DNA from: an uncultured Gemmatimonadales bacterium
GTDB taxonomy: Bacteria > Gemmatimonadota > Gemmatimonadetes > Gemmatimonadales > GWC2-71-9
Reading direction: 5' to 3'
Assembly (NCBI GenBank): GCA_963771275.1
Contig: CAVYSW010000010.1
Coordinates: 288,001-352,000 of the forward strand
DNA: 64,000 nt
Shown: in pieces, positions 12,492 to 22,668 of the stretch
Layout: each line of letters starts with the position of its first letter
How positions within the stretch are numbered: position 1 is the first letter of the stretch
Notes under the pieces: model-generated
What the model was told of the DNA's origin: nothing
Seen by the model: the letters and a program-made list of their open reading frames with translations, nothing else
Database searches by the model: none
Position numbers and translations under genes: made by a program

Positions 12492-12720
12492 GTGCCGGAG
12501 GACCGTCGCCGTGGGCGGGAGCGCCGGACCGTGCCGGATCGCCGCGAACCCCCGGGCGCCCACCTGCGGAATGCGATGCAGGCGCTCACCATGGCTCGTG
12601 AGGCCATGCCGCCGTCGCATGTGGCGGAGCTCCTGGAGGTGGCTCTCGGGCGCGTGGCTCCCGCTCGGGATGACCGGGACGAGGCGGCGGAGCGGAGGGA
12701 GAGTCGCGGCGCGGCGCGGC
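12492..12720 (+). pseudogene. Probable remnant of a small (D/E)RR-repeat protein (paralog of 56498-56812)
   Basis: DRRRGRERRTVPDRREPPGAHLRNAMQAL resembles ERRGARDRRVRQRRETVTEHLRNALQVL. The frame runs on to 12920 into the convergent gene. Confidence 0.45.
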
Positions 12721-13395
12721 TCAGCCACCCAGGAAGTGCTGCTCCCGGACGAGAGAGAGGTGATACCGCGCGCCGTGGCGCGGCGGCGGGCCCACGATCG
12801 GTAGGACCCCCCCGCCAAACTGCACATACTCCCCCTCCGTCCGACCGTCCTCGGTCTCGATCCCGCCCAACAGCAACCCGAAGATCCCGTCCATGTCCTC
12901 GATCCGGACGACGACCGTAACGACGGTGTCGCCGACCTGCCCATTGCAGACGATCGATGATGTGCAGGGTGTCCGCCAACGCTGGACGAACCCCTGACGT
13001 GTGCCGACCGTCACCGTACAGTCTGGGGTGCAGACCTCCTCCGTCACCTCTCCTTCCAAGGTGAATGCGTCCGGCCATGTGCCGCCGGTGCTGACGCCCG
13101 TGCCCGTCCGCCTCCGGTCCCCGAGGCTGTCGACCTTGGTGATTTCAAGGCGACCCGAGAGGCGGCCGTGGACCTCGAGATCGACCGTGTCGACCCGTGA
13201 GCCGCAGATGGCGTGATCGATGGTTTCCGTCGAGCCTGGTGCGCAGTCGTACACGGCCCGGGCCGTGGCGTCGAGTCGGTACACGTCGCCGGGCGCGGGG
13301 CCGGCCGGCTCGCCGCAGGCGACGAGGACCAGTGGGACAAGCAGGATGGGTGACGCGAGGCGGTAACGCTTCGGAGGGTGGGGCAGCCGCTCCAC
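12721..13395 (-). CDS. Hypothetical Cys-rich lipoprotein
   Basis: Lipobox-like LVAC after a hydrophobic stretch; several Cys. Start uncertain (GTG at 13395 chosen). Confidence 0.55.
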   Translation of the reverse strand: MERLPHPPKRYRLASPILLVPLVLVACGEPAGPAPGDVYRLDATARAVYDCAPGSTETIDHAICGSRVDTVDLEVHGRLSGRLEITKVDSLGDRRRTGTGVSTGGTWPDAFTLEGEVTEEVCTPDCTVTVGTRQGFVQRWRTPCTSSIVCNGQVGDTVVTVVVRIEDMDGIFGLLLGGIETEDGRTEGEYVQFGGGVLPIVGPPPRHGARYHLSLVREQHFLGG

Positions 13396-13505
13396 ACCGC
13401 CGCCGCAGTGTTCATGCCGGACAGACGTGACAGGCACAGGCCGGAGTCCTGGCTGCGGGCGATGACGAAGCCCTGACCCATGGCGGCGCGGATCCCGCCC
13501 GCGCG

Positions 13506-14975
13506 TTAGGGCCGCCACGATGGCGCCGTCAGCCCGCAACGGGGTCGCAGGGTGAGCGTCAGGCCATCGCTCAAGCGAATCACCTCGAGGCAGCCGGTGC
13601 CTGCCCCCACCGCCACGATCCACTCGCCGCTCGGAGACCAGTCGAAGCCTTGCAGGTACTGGCGTGCGGGGGCAGACACCAGGCGCCTGCCGCTTCCATC
13701 GGGCCGAATCACCCAGATTCCAGCATCCACGAAGCCGATCAAGGAGTCACCCGGTGACCAGCGGGGTGACAGTGCGGAGGGGGCCAACGAGTCGATGGCT
13801 CCCGTCCCCGCGTGGAGCACCCGCAAGCCGAGGTTCGGATAGCAACACCGATTGGTGAGGTACGCTACACGCAGGCCGTCGGCGGATGGGGCGGGCTGCG
13901 CATCGATGTCGTAGTAGCCGCTCGGCGGTCCGATCAGTTCGGGGTTGGCCCCATCGGGCCGGACGCGCCAGATTGCCTGGTTCTGATGGTCGCTTCGCCC
14001 CCCAAAGTAGATCGTCCGTCCGTCGCCACTGAACTGGGGACGGTACTCGGACTGGAGGCCCGTGGTGGTGGAGATCAGGCGGCGCACGGGACCGCCCAGC
14101 CCGGTCACGTACAGCCAAGAGTCGTAGTCGGACGATGCAAAGACCAGCGTGTCGCCCGTCGCGTTCCAATCCACCCAGACGGCGGTCGGGCCCGGGGCTG
14201 TACTGACGGTCTGGAAGTGCGAGCCGTCGAGGTCCATGGTGACGAGCGAGGTGCCCCACACCGCTGCCACCGTGCCGCGCGGCGCTACGGTGGCCCACAG
14301 CGTGTCGGCCAGCCCACCGGCCGCCGCCATGCGGATGCGCTCCTGCCCGATCGTCGCGCCCGTCACCGAGCCCGCCGCCGTGACGGTCGCGTGCCCACTG
14401 TCGGCCACGAAGCTCACCGGATCGGGTCGGTCATTGCCGTATCGATCGAGGACACCACCGCGGAGCGCGTAGCTGGCGCCGACGCACACCACGGTGTCCT
14501 CGGGCGCACCGAGCAAGCGCACGCCATGGCCCGGCAGAATGGCATACGCGGCCGTGTCCGTGTACCCCAGCTCTGGCACGGTGACCTCGACCCCGCCAGG
14601 ACCGGCGACGGGCCCGAGCGCGATCAGCGCCCGGGCGCGGCCCCTGTCGTCAGTGGTGTCAACGGCGAGCCAGCCAGTCGGCGCCGCGTCGATCCGGCCG
14701 ACGTACACGCTGGGCTGATGGAACGGCGTGGCGGCCATGAGCGCCTGAAACCGCACGATCATCCCGCCCGTCGGCCGGCCAGCCGAATCGCGTACCGCGA
14801 CCACCAGTGCTTGTGCCAGGCGCGCGTCGACCGTGTCGGTGACCGTTGCGCCGGCGAGGACGGTGACGCCGGGCTGATCTCCGTCTGGAGGTCCCGTCCC
14901 GTCGGAGCAGGTGCTTGCGGCGAACGCGACGACGAAGGTCAAGAGACTGCGTGGAATGACGACCGGCCCGGACAT
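13506..14975 (-). CDS. Secreted/lipoprotein with Ig-like domains and TolB-like (PD40) beta-propeller
   Basis: Signal peptide with Cys, VAVRDSAGRP and ATVTAAGSVTG Ig-like motifs, PQFSGDG/PRWSPGD/DWSPSG blades. Confidence 0.75.
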   Translation of the reverse strand: MSGPVVIPRSLLTFVVAFAASTCSDGTGPPDGDQPGVTVLAGATVTDTVDARLAQALVVAVRDSAGRPTGGMIVRFQALMAATPFHQPSVYVGRIDAAPTGWLAVDTTDDRGRARALIALGPVAGPGGVEVTVPELGYTDTAAYAILPGHGVRLLGAPEDTVVCVGASYALRGGVLDRYGNDRPDPVSFVADSGHATVTAAGSVTGATIGQERIRMAAAGGLADTLWATVAPRGTVAAVWGTSLVTMDLDGSHFQTVSTAPGPTAVWVDWNATGDTLVFASSDYDSWLYVTGLGGPVRRLISTTTGLQSEYRPQFSGDGRTIYFGGRSDHQNQAIWRVRPDGANPELIGPPSGYYDIDAQPAPSADGLRVAYLTNRCCYPNLGLRVLHAGTGAIDSLAPSALSPRWSPGDSLIGFVDAGIWVIRPDGSGRRLVSAPARQYLQGFDWSPSGEWIVAVGAGTGCLEVIRLSDGLTLTLRPRCGLTAPSWRP

Positions 14976-15050
14976 GAGCTTCCCCCGACGCCTATGCTGT
15001 CACGTTGCCCCGGGGCCCGCAAGCGCCCGCGCCACATGAAGGCTCTGGCG

Positions 15051-15085
15051 CGGAATCGGGAATGGCGGAATCGGGAATGGCGGAA
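15051..15085. repeat. 15-bp tandem repeat CGGAATCGGGAATGG x2.3
   Basis: Read directly in the divergent intergenic region. Confidence 0.8.
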
Positions 15086-15183
15086 GCCAGGGGTTGGACA
15101 TGCCGTCGTCGCCAGAGGTCGAAATCCGCACGGGGCCGAGCTGGGCGTGTACCGTGCTTGAGCCGCGTCCGGGCGGTCCCGCG

Positions 15184-16245
15184 GTGCAGCCGGCCGTCCG
15201 CATTCTGCTGCTGGCCGACACCCATCTGGGGATCGATCTCCCCAGGCGCCCCCGCGTCGAGCGCCGGCGGCGCGGCCACGATTTCGCCGCGAATTACGAG
15301 CGGGCGCTGCAAGCGGCGCGCGACCACGCCGTGCAGGCCGTGGTCCACGGGGGCGACCTGTTCTATCGCAGCCGCGTGCCCGCGAGCCTGGTCCAGGCGG
15401 GATTCGCGCCGCTCAAGCGCCTGGCGGACGCGGGCGTTCCCGTGTACGTCGTGCCGGGCAATCACGAACGATCGGCCATCCCGTTCCCGCTGCTCGCCGA
15501 GCACCCGCACATCCACCTGTTCGACCGCCCGCGGACGTTCACCGCGGAGTGGGACGGGATGCGCGTGGCCCTGGCGGGATTCCCGTTTCAGCGGAGCGGC
15601 GTGCGGGGGACGTTTCGCGGGCTGCTGGACGCGACGGGGTGGGAGCGCGCCGCCGCCGACGTGCGCCTGCTCTGCATTCATCAGTGCGTCGAGGGGGCGA
15701 CGGTCGGGCCGCAGAACTACACGTTCCGGCACGGCGACGACGTCGTGAGCGCGGGTGACGTGCCGGGGCGGTTCGCGGCGGTGCTCGCGGGCCACATCCA
15801 CCGGCATCAGGTGCTCACCGCCGACCTCCGCGGCCGCCCGCTCCCGACACCGGTGATCTACCCCGGGTCGATCGAGCGGACCTCGTTTGCGGAGCGGAAC
15901 GAGGAGAAGGGGTACGTGGTGCTCGAGGTGGCGGCGGCGGGCGAGCGCGGCGGCGTCCTGCGACGATGGACGTTCCATGCCCTGCCGGCCCGGCCGATGG
16001 TGATCGAGGAGATCCAGGCGGGTGGAGCCGACCGCGCCGACCTGCACCGGCTCTTGGCCGCCGCGATTCGGCGGGCCCCCGAGGACGCCGTGCTCCGCAT
16101 CCGGGTGCACGGCGTGCCGCGCCCCGGCGGCTTCGCCGCGCTCCGCGCCGGGTCCGTGCGCGCCCTCACGCCGCCGCCGATGAACGTGGAGGTGATACTC
16201 GTGGACGTGGCGCCGCGGCATCCGGCGACCCGGGAGCGTGACTGA
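15184..16245 (+). CDS. Metallophosphoesterase, SbcD/Mre11-like nuclease
   Basis: ADTHLG, GGDLF, PGNHE, AGHIH and YPGSIERTSFAE. Start uncertain (15094-15184). Confidence 0.85.
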   Translation: MQPAVRILLLADTHLGIDLPRRPRVERRRRGHDFAANYERALQAARDHAVQAVVHGGDLFYRSRVPASLVQAGFAPLKRLADAGVPVYVVPGNHERSAIPFPLLAEHPHIHLFDRPRTFTAEWDGMRVALAGFPFQRSGVRGTFRGLLDATGWERAAADVRLLCIHQCVEGATVGPQNYTFRHGDDVVSAGDVPGRFAAVLAGHIHRHQVLTADLRGRPLPTPVIYPGSIERTSFAERNEEKGYVVLEVAAAGERGGVLRRWTFHALPARPMVIEEIQAGGADRADLHRLLAAAIRRAPEDAVLRIRVHGVPRPGGFAALRAGSVRALTPPPMNVEVILVDVAPRHPATRERD

Positions 16246-16378
16246 CCGCTTCGCGTGGCGGGCCTCTCGTAACGATCTCGCGGTTGTTCTCGCGCACCGC
16301 CCTGGTGCGGCGGCCGGTGCCCGTGCTACTGTACACTCCCCAGCATCCCCGCGGACCTCGGCACCGGAGCACCGGAGC

Positions 16379-17719
16379 GTGGCTGATTCCTCGTCAGCGA
16401 TGCGCGATCTGCGCGCGGCGTTCATCCAGGCGGCGGTCTGGCACGGCCCACTCGAGCCCGCCGAGGCGATGCTGGCCGCCCATCCGGACCTGGCGGGTGG
16501 CGACATCCATACGGCGGCGATCCTGGGAGACGACGCGGCCGTGCGCCGGTTCCTCGAGCGCGATCCGGGGAGCGCCACGGCAACGAGCCCGCCGTACGGC
16601 GGCGACGCGCTCAACTACCTGTGTCTCTCCAGGTATCTCCGGCTCGATCCGGCGCGGACGGACGACTTCCTGCGCGCGGCCACGGCGCTGCTCGACGCCG
16701 GCGCCGACCCCAACACCGGCTTCTGGACCACCGGCCAGCACCCCGAGCGAGAGACCGCGCTGTACGGGGCCGCGGGCGTGGCGCACCACGAGGCGCTGAC
16801 CCGGCTGCTGCTGGCGCGCGGCGCGGACCCCAACGACGACGAAGCCGTGTATCACTCGCCGGAAACGCGCGACAACGGCGCGATGCGGGCCCTGGTCGAG
16901 ACCGGCAGGATCACGCCTGAGAACCTCGCCTTGATGCTGATTCGGAAGCACGACTGGCACGACGTCGAAGGCGCGCGCTACCTGCTGGAGCGCGGCGCCG
17001 ATCCCAATCACGCGCGGACGCGGGGCTGGCCGCCGATACATCACGCGCTGGCGCGAGACAACGTTCTGGAGATGTTCGCGCTGCTGCTCGACCACGGTGC
17101 CGACCCGTCGTCCGTCGTCGACGGCCTGTCGGGGGTCGCCCGCGCCGCGCGCGAGGGGCGAGGCGACGTGCTGGAGCTGTTCGAGCGGCGCGGCATCCCG
17201 CTCGAGCTCGATGGCGTCGACCGGTTGATCGCCGCGTGCGCGCGGGACGACGGCGCGACGGTCCGGACGGTCGTGCAGCGGGAGCCGCGCCTGGTGGGCG
17301 AAGTCCGGCTCGTGGGCGGCAGGTTGCTCGCCCGGTTCGCCGGCACCGGCAACGCGCCGGGCGTGCGACACCTGCTCGATCGGGGCGTGGACGTCCGCGC
17401 GCCGTTCGAGGAAGGCGATCCCTACTTCGGCATCCCCGAGAACAGTCTCGCGATCCACGTGGCGGCCTGGCGGGGCCACCCCGCGGTAGTGAAGCTCCTG
17501 ATCGAGCGCAGCTCGCCGGTGGACCTGCCGGACGCGAACGGTCGGACGCCGCTCGCCCTCGCCGTCCGCGCCGCCGTCGATTCGTACTGGACGGAGCGGC
17601 GCACGCCCGATTCGATCGCAGCGCTGCTTCGCGCCGGTGCCTCGCCGAGGGGGATCGCGATCCCCACCGGGTACCCGGAGGCCGACGCGTTGTTGTCCCG
17701 CCCGCGTGGTGGCGCGTAA
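16379..17719 (+). CDS. Ankyrin repeat protein
   Basis: Repeated LLDAGADPN/LLARGADPN/LLERGADPN/LLDHGADP, TALYGAAG and GRTPL. Start uncertain (16379 or 16400). Confidence 0.88.
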   Translation: MADSSSAMRDLRAAFIQAAVWHGPLEPAEAMLAAHPDLAGGDIHTAAILGDDAAVRRFLERDPGSATATSPPYGGDALNYLCLSRYLRLDPARTDDFLRAATALLDAGADPNTGFWTTGQHPERETALYGAAGVAHHEALTRLLLARGADPNDDEAVYHSPETRDNGAMRALVETGRITPENLALMLIRKHDWHDVEGARYLLERGADPNHARTRGWPPIHHALARDNVLEMFALLLDHGADPSSVVDGLSGVARAAREGRGDVLELFERRGIPLELDGVDRLIAACARDDGATVRTVVQREPRLVGEVRLVGGRLLARFAGTGNAPGVRHLLDRGVDVRAPFEEGDPYFGIPENSLAIHVAAWRGHPAVVKLLIERSSPVDLPDANGRTPLALAVRAAVDSYWTERRTPDSIAALLRAGASPRGIAIPTGYPEADALLSRPRGGA

Positions 17720-17729
17720 CGGCGGGACC

Positions 17730-19661
17730 ATGAGCGACCGACCGGACCGACCGCACTCGTCGCGCCAGCGCTACCGGCGCTTCGTGGACGCCTACCGCGC
17801 GGGCCGGCTGGACGACCCGGCGGAGGCGGGCGCGGCCGCGGCGTCCGGCGACGGCAAGCGGCGACAATTCCTGCGCAGCTACCTGCGCTGGCTCCGCCCG
17901 CACCGCTACGCCATCGGCGTCGTCTTCTTCCTCGCCCTGGTGGCCGCGGGGCTCCAGATGATCGAGCCGCTGTTCATGCGGCACATCATCGATCGGGTGC
18001 TGCTGAACCGCGCGCTGGACGGCCCGACCCGCCTGACGCGCCTCCACCTGGTGGGCGCCGTCTTCCTGGGCGTGATCATCGTCTCCAACCTGATCGGCGC
18101 TCTCAAGGACTACCGCCAGCGCCTGGTGGGCGCGCGCGTGATGCTCACACTCCGGCGCTCGCTGTTCGAGCGGCTGCTCCACCTGCCGCTCCCGGCGCTG
18201 TGGGAGATGAAGACGGGCGGCATCCTGTCGCGCCTCACCGGCGACGTGGAAACCACGACCGGGCTGCTCCAGCTCGCGGTCATCTCACCCACCATCTCGC
18301 TGATCCGCCTGGTCATCGCGGTGGTGGTGCTGATGGCGCTCAACTGGCGGCTCGCGCTCATGGCGCTCGCCATCATCCCCGGCGTCGTGTTCATCAGCTT
18401 CGTCGCGGCGCGGCGCGTCCGCCCGATCTACCGCACGCTGCGCAGGGACGTCGAGCAGATCGACGGCCGGGTGGGCGAGACGTTTGCGGGGATCCGCGTC
18501 GTCCGCGCGTTCGGGCGCGAGATCCGGGAGGTGCTGGACTACCTGCGCGGCCGGCACACCGTGGTGCGCAAGGAGATGTTCGCCCAGCGCCGGGAGATGG
18601 TGCTGTGGACCTCCTGGGGCCTGCTGCTCGGCATCGTGAACGTCGTGATCGTGTGGTACGGCGGCTACCTGAATCTCGGCGGCCGCGCCACGATCGGCGA
18701 CATCATGGCGTTCCAGTGGTACACCTTCCTGCTGCTCAACCCGGTGTGGGCCATCGTCAACTCGTTCAGCGAGCTCCAGCGCTCGCTCGCCGCGATGGAG
18801 CGGGTGTTCGCCGTGCTGGCGATGGAGGCCGACAAGCCCGACCGGCCGGATGCCCGCGACGCCCCGCCGGTGGTCGACGAGATCCGGTTCGACGGCGTTG
18901 CATTCGAGTACCGCGAGGGCCGGCCCGTGGTGCGCGACTTCGACGTCCGCGTGCCCGGCGGAACCGTCGTGGCGCTGGTGGGACGGAGCGGGGCGGGGAA
19001 GACCACGGTGACCGACCTCGTGGCGCGGTTCCACGACCCGACGGCGGGGCGCATCCTGCTCAACGGCACCGACATTCGCGACTTCCGGCTGCGATCGTAT
19101 CGCGATCTGCTCGCCATCGTCCAACAGGACGTGTTCCTGTTCGATGGCTCGGCCCGGGACAACATCGCCTACGGCCGGCCCGGCGCGTCCGACGCCGAGG
19201 TCGAGGAGGCCGCCCGGCGGGCCAACGCGCACGAGTTCATCGAGAAGCTCCCCAACGGATACGACACGTTCGTGGGCGAGCGCGGGGTGAAGCTCTCGGG
19301 CGGCCAGCAGCAGCGGCTGGCCATCGCCCGGGCCATCCTCGCCTCCCCGCAGATCCTCATCCTCGACGAGGCGACCAGCAACCTCGACACCGAGAGCGAG
19401 CAGCTCATCCAGGCGTCCATGGCGTCACTGCTCGCGGGCCGCACCACGTTCGTGATCGCGCACCGCCTCTCCACCGTCCGCCGGGCCGACGTGATCCTGC
19501 TCATGGAGGAGGGACGCGTGATCGAGCGGGGGACGCACGAGGAGCTGATGCGGGCCCGCGGGACGTACTACGCCATGGTGCAGCGCCAGATGGCGTCCGA
19601 CGGCGACGAGGGCGCGGCCCTCTGGACGGACGCGCCCGCCGGCGAGGCGTCGGCGCGGTGA
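17730..19661 (+). CDS. ABC exporter, fused permease/ATPase (MsbA-like)
   Basis: N-terminal TM domain, GRSGAGKT, LSGGQQQR, ILDEATS and IAHRLST. Confidence 0.93.
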   Translation: MSDRPDRPHSSRQRYRRFVDAYRAGRLDDPAEAGAAAASGDGKRRQFLRSYLRWLRPHRYAIGVVFFLALVAAGLQMIEPLFMRHIIDRVLLNRALDGPTRLTRLHLVGAVFLGVIIVSNLIGALKDYRQRLVGARVMLTLRRSLFERLLHLPLPALWEMKTGGILSRLTGDVETTTGLLQLAVISPTISLIRLVIAVVVLMALNWRLALMALAIIPGVVFISFVAARRVRPIYRTLRRDVEQIDGRVGETFAGIRVVRAFGREIREVLDYLRGRHTVVRKEMFAQRREMVLWTSWGLLLGIVNVVIVWYGGYLNLGGRATIGDIMAFQWYTFLLLNPVWAIVNSFSELQRSLAAMERVFAVLAMEADKPDRPDARDAPPVVDEIRFDGVAFEYREGRPVVRDFDVRVPGGTVVALVGRSGAGKTTVTDLVARFHDPTAGRILLNGTDIRDFRLRSYRDLLAIVQQDVFLFDGSARDNIAYGRPGASDAEVEEAARRANAHEFIEKLPNGYDTFVGERGVKLSGGQQQRLAIARAILASPQILILDEATSNLDTESEQLIQASMASLLAGRTTFVIAHRLSTVRRADVILLMEEGRVIERGTHEELMRARGTYYAMVQRQMASDGDEGAALWTDAPAGEASAR

Positions 19662-19677
19662 GACGACCGGCGCGCCG

Positions 19678-20253
19678 TCATCGCAGACGCAGCATGAGGC
19701 CGATGCTCATCCCCGCCCCGCCCGAGCCGCCAGGCGCGCCGCCGAACGCGGTCAGGGGGACGTCCCGCCAGACCTCGGGAACCAGCAGCTGGACCGCCAT
19801 GGCGAACAGCACGGCGCCTCCCGCCGCGCCGACGATGGTGGCGGACGTCTCCCAGCGGCAGCCGGCGTCGGTCGCGCCCGCGCGACATGCCGGGTCCGCT
19901 GCCAGTGCCGTGGCGCCGAACCACGCACCCAACAGCGCACCGTAGAGTGGCGCGCCGTACAGGAGCGCGCGCGGCCGGCCGCGGTTTACCTGGAACCGCA
20001 CGAGGTTCTCGAGCGCGAAGCTCCGCGGGAACACGCCGGACCGCGGCACGATCGTGACGCTGTCCCGGCTGAACCACAGCAGGGTGCCAGCCACGAGCCG
20101 TGGCTCCTCGAACGTCTTGACGAACAGCCGAACGCGTGCGTCGGGGCGCAGGAGAGAACGCGCCTGCGCATTCGCCTCGCCGCTGCCGAGCACGGCACAC
20201 AGGACGCCGAGGAAGATCGTCAGATCCCGCCGCGCGGTCTGCACCTCCGGCAT
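19678..20253 (-). CDS. Hypothetical exported/membrane protein
   Basis: Signal-like N-terminus (ANA-Q) and Gly/Ala-rich hydrophobic C-terminal half. Confidence 0.6.
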   Translation of the reverse strand: MPEVQTARRDLTIFLGVLCAVLGSGEANAQARSLLRPDARVRLFVKTFEEPRLVAGTLLWFSRDSVTIVPRSGVFPRSFALENLVRFQVNRGRPRALLYGAPLYGALLGAWFGATALAADPACRAGATDAGCRWETSATIVGAAGGAVLFAMAVQLLVPEVWRDVPLTAFGGAPGGSGGAGMSIGLMLRLR

Positions 20254-20438
20254 GCCCGGAGGTTACACCGAAACGGGTCGCCCCGCCGCCTGCGCAGGTC
20301 GCGCGCCGGGCGGCCGGTACGGGAGCACGGCCCTCCCGTTTGCCGCCTCCCCGCTCCGGCCTCGATGGCCGGAGCCCTGCGGCGGGGCGATATTTGCAGG
20401 GCCGGGCGGCGTATCGCCGCCAGCCTCGAGGAGCCCGC

Positions 20439-21632
20439 ATGGAAGACCTCATCTACCTGGACAATGCCGCGACCAGCTTTCCGAAACCGGACATCGTGCA
20501 CGACACCGTGCGTGATTTCTACAGCAAGAACGGGGTGAACCCGGGTCGGACGGGCTGCGATCTCGCGCTGCACGCGGAGCGGATGGTCCACGGCACCCGG
20601 ACCCGGCTGTCGGCGTTCTTCAACCGGAGTCTCGTGGAGAGCGGCCGGAAGAAGGACCCCAATCGCCTGGTGTTCACGATGAACGCCACGATGAGCCTCA
20701 ACCTGATCATCAACGGCACGGTCGGCCCCGGCGATCACGTGGTCACGACGCTGCTGGAGCACAACTCGGTGATCCGGCCGGTGAACCACAAGGTGAGGGA
20801 GGGCGCCGAGGCCACGTACGTGGTTCCCGACGATGAAGGGTACGTCGATCCCGAGGACATTCGTAAGGCGATCAAGCGCACCACCACGCTCGTCATCGTG
20901 AACCACGGCTCGAACGTCACCGGCGCGGTCCAGGACGTCAGCGCCATCGGGCGCGTCTGCCGGGACGAAGGGGTGCCGTTCGCCGTGGACGCCGCCCAGA
21001 CGGCCGGCGTGCTGCCGATCGACATGGCGGAGTGTCACATCAGCTTCCTCTCGTTCACGGGCCACAAGTGCCTGTTCGGACCGACCGGCACGGGGGGAAT
21101 CTGCGTGGCAGACGACGCGGAGCTCAAAGGCACGATCTACGGCGGCACGGGTGTCCGGAGCGCGCATCCCTATCACCTCGAGGAATACCCCTACCGGCTC
21201 GAGGCCGGGACGCTGAACCTCGCCGGCATCGCCGGTCTGTCCGCGGGGCTGGCGTGGATCGAGGGGAAGGGAAGGGAGAACCTCCAGCGACACGAGATGG
21301 CGCTGCTCGCGATGTTGCAGGATGGCCTGTCGGACATCCGGGGCGTGACGTTGTGGGGGACGAGGCGGCTCGATCGCCGGGTCGCCACGCTCTCGATGAC
21401 GGTGGAGCACTACGACCCGTCCGACGTGGGCACGCTGCTCGACGTGGACCACAACATCCTGACCCGCACCGGGCTCCACTGCGCGCCCTTGATCCACCAG
21501 CACCACGGCACCGCGCCGCGCGGCACCGTCCGGTTCTCGATCGGGCCGTTCAACACCGAGGAGCACATCGCGGCCGCGGTCGGAGCGATCGGGGAGATCG
21601 CGGCGACGCGGTCCGCGGTGGCGACCGCCTGA
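20439..21632 (+). CDS. Class V PLP aminotransferase / cysteine desulfurase-family protein
   Basis: IYLDNAATSFPKP, EHNSV, DAAQTAG, FTGHK (PLP lysine), EAGT and RTGLHCAP. Confidence 0.92.
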   Translation: MEDLIYLDNAATSFPKPDIVHDTVRDFYSKNGVNPGRTGCDLALHAERMVHGTRTRLSAFFNRSLVESGRKKDPNRLVFTMNATMSLNLIINGTVGPGDHVVTTLLEHNSVIRPVNHKVREGAEATYVVPDDEGYVDPEDIRKAIKRTTTLVIVNHGSNVTGAVQDVSAIGRVCRDEGVPFAVDAAQTAGVLPIDMAECHISFLSFTGHKCLFGPTGTGGICVADDAELKGTIYGGTGVRSAHPYHLEEYPYRLEAGTLNLAGIAGLSAGLAWIEGKGRENLQRHEMALLAMLQDGLSDIRGVTLWGTRRLDRRVATLSMTVEHYDPSDVGTLLDVDHNILTRTGLHCAPLIHQHHGTAPRGTVRFSIGPFNTEEHIAAAVGAIGEIAATRSAVATA

Positions 21633-21698
21633 GGCGACGCCCACGCGCGCCGACCGCCGCCGGCTCAGGAGGCCGCCCGCGAGGGAAAAGGAGACACG

Positions 21699-22604
21699 AT
21701 GAAGACGGTCGAGGGTGTTGAAATCTCGGGATATGGAAACGAGGAGCTGGCTCTGGATCTCGAGGCGTACGGTATCATCAGTCCTGCGGCTCGCGCTCAC
21801 CTCAAAGCGGCAGGACAGGCCGGAGCCAAGATCGAGATGCAACGTGAGGGAAAGGTCTGCCAGGCTGAGGTGAAGGTCGTCAAGGTCTCCCGGGATGCAT
21901 GCTTGGACCAGGCAACCGGATTGACCTCCCCGACCTACCTGACGGAATCGGTCCTCTTCGAGCTCCAGAATGCCATCAACGCAGACCGCTATGGGAGGCT
22001 TCGGAGGGAGGCGCTCGGCGGCACCATCTCCGTTCTTCAGTATGGCCTTGGCTTCGCCACCCTGGAATTCGAATCCACCGCGAAGATCGCTGCGGTCCTG
22101 AAGGAGGTGACGAAGGCCGGGAAGCCGGTATCTCCTTGGGGAGCGAAGCAGATCTCCGGGAACGCTCTCGGCGTCCAGCACTTCGTGAACGGACCGCACG
22201 ATCCCAAGGGTCCGAGCGAACAACAGCTTTCGAGCAAGCTGTTCTATGGCTACACGTACCTCGTGGATACGGTGAAGCGCGTCGCGAACATGAAACTCGG
22301 GGCCCTCAAGAAGCTGGCGACCATCAGGAAGGGGCCGAAGACGATCACCCCGTTTGAGTGGGGCAGGTTGGTGGCGGACTGGGGAACCCATTACGACGAC
22401 AAGACTCCCGCGCAGTTCCTCGTGCTGTACATCGACGCCCTGCTCTGGCTTGGCAATGAGGTGGGCTGGTCCGTGAACTGGGAAGGCGGGACGATGGCCG
22501 ACTGGAAGCTGTGCGCCACGGAATTCGTGCGCACGGTGCCACTTGTGCAACACGACCGGACTGCGACCGAGAAGATCAAGCAGAGCATCATGGCCAGGTT
22601 CTGA
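21699..22604 (+). CDS. Hypothetical protein (orphan, atypical composition)
   Basis: AAAGGAG RBS; 301-aa Lys-rich ORF with visibly more A/T than its neighbours. Confidence 0.75.
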   Translation: MKTVEGVEISGYGNEELALDLEAYGIISPAARAHLKAAGQAGAKIEMQREGKVCQAEVKVVKVSRDACLDQATGLTSPTYLTESVLFELQNAINADRYGRLRREALGGTISVLQYGLGFATLEFESTAKIAAVLKEVTKAGKPVSPWGAKQISGNALGVQHFVNGPHDPKGPSEQQLSSKLFYGYTYLVDTVKRVANMKLGALKKLATIRKGPKTITPFEWGRLVADWGTHYDDKTPAQFLVLYIDALLWLGNEVGWSVNWEGGTMADWKLCATEFVRTVPLVQHDRTATEKIKQSIMARF

Positions 22605-22668
22605 TCCGCTCTCTGGCGCGCGGCGTGCGGGCGGCCCGGAGCCGCATCCCACCTCCCTGCGGCCCGGC

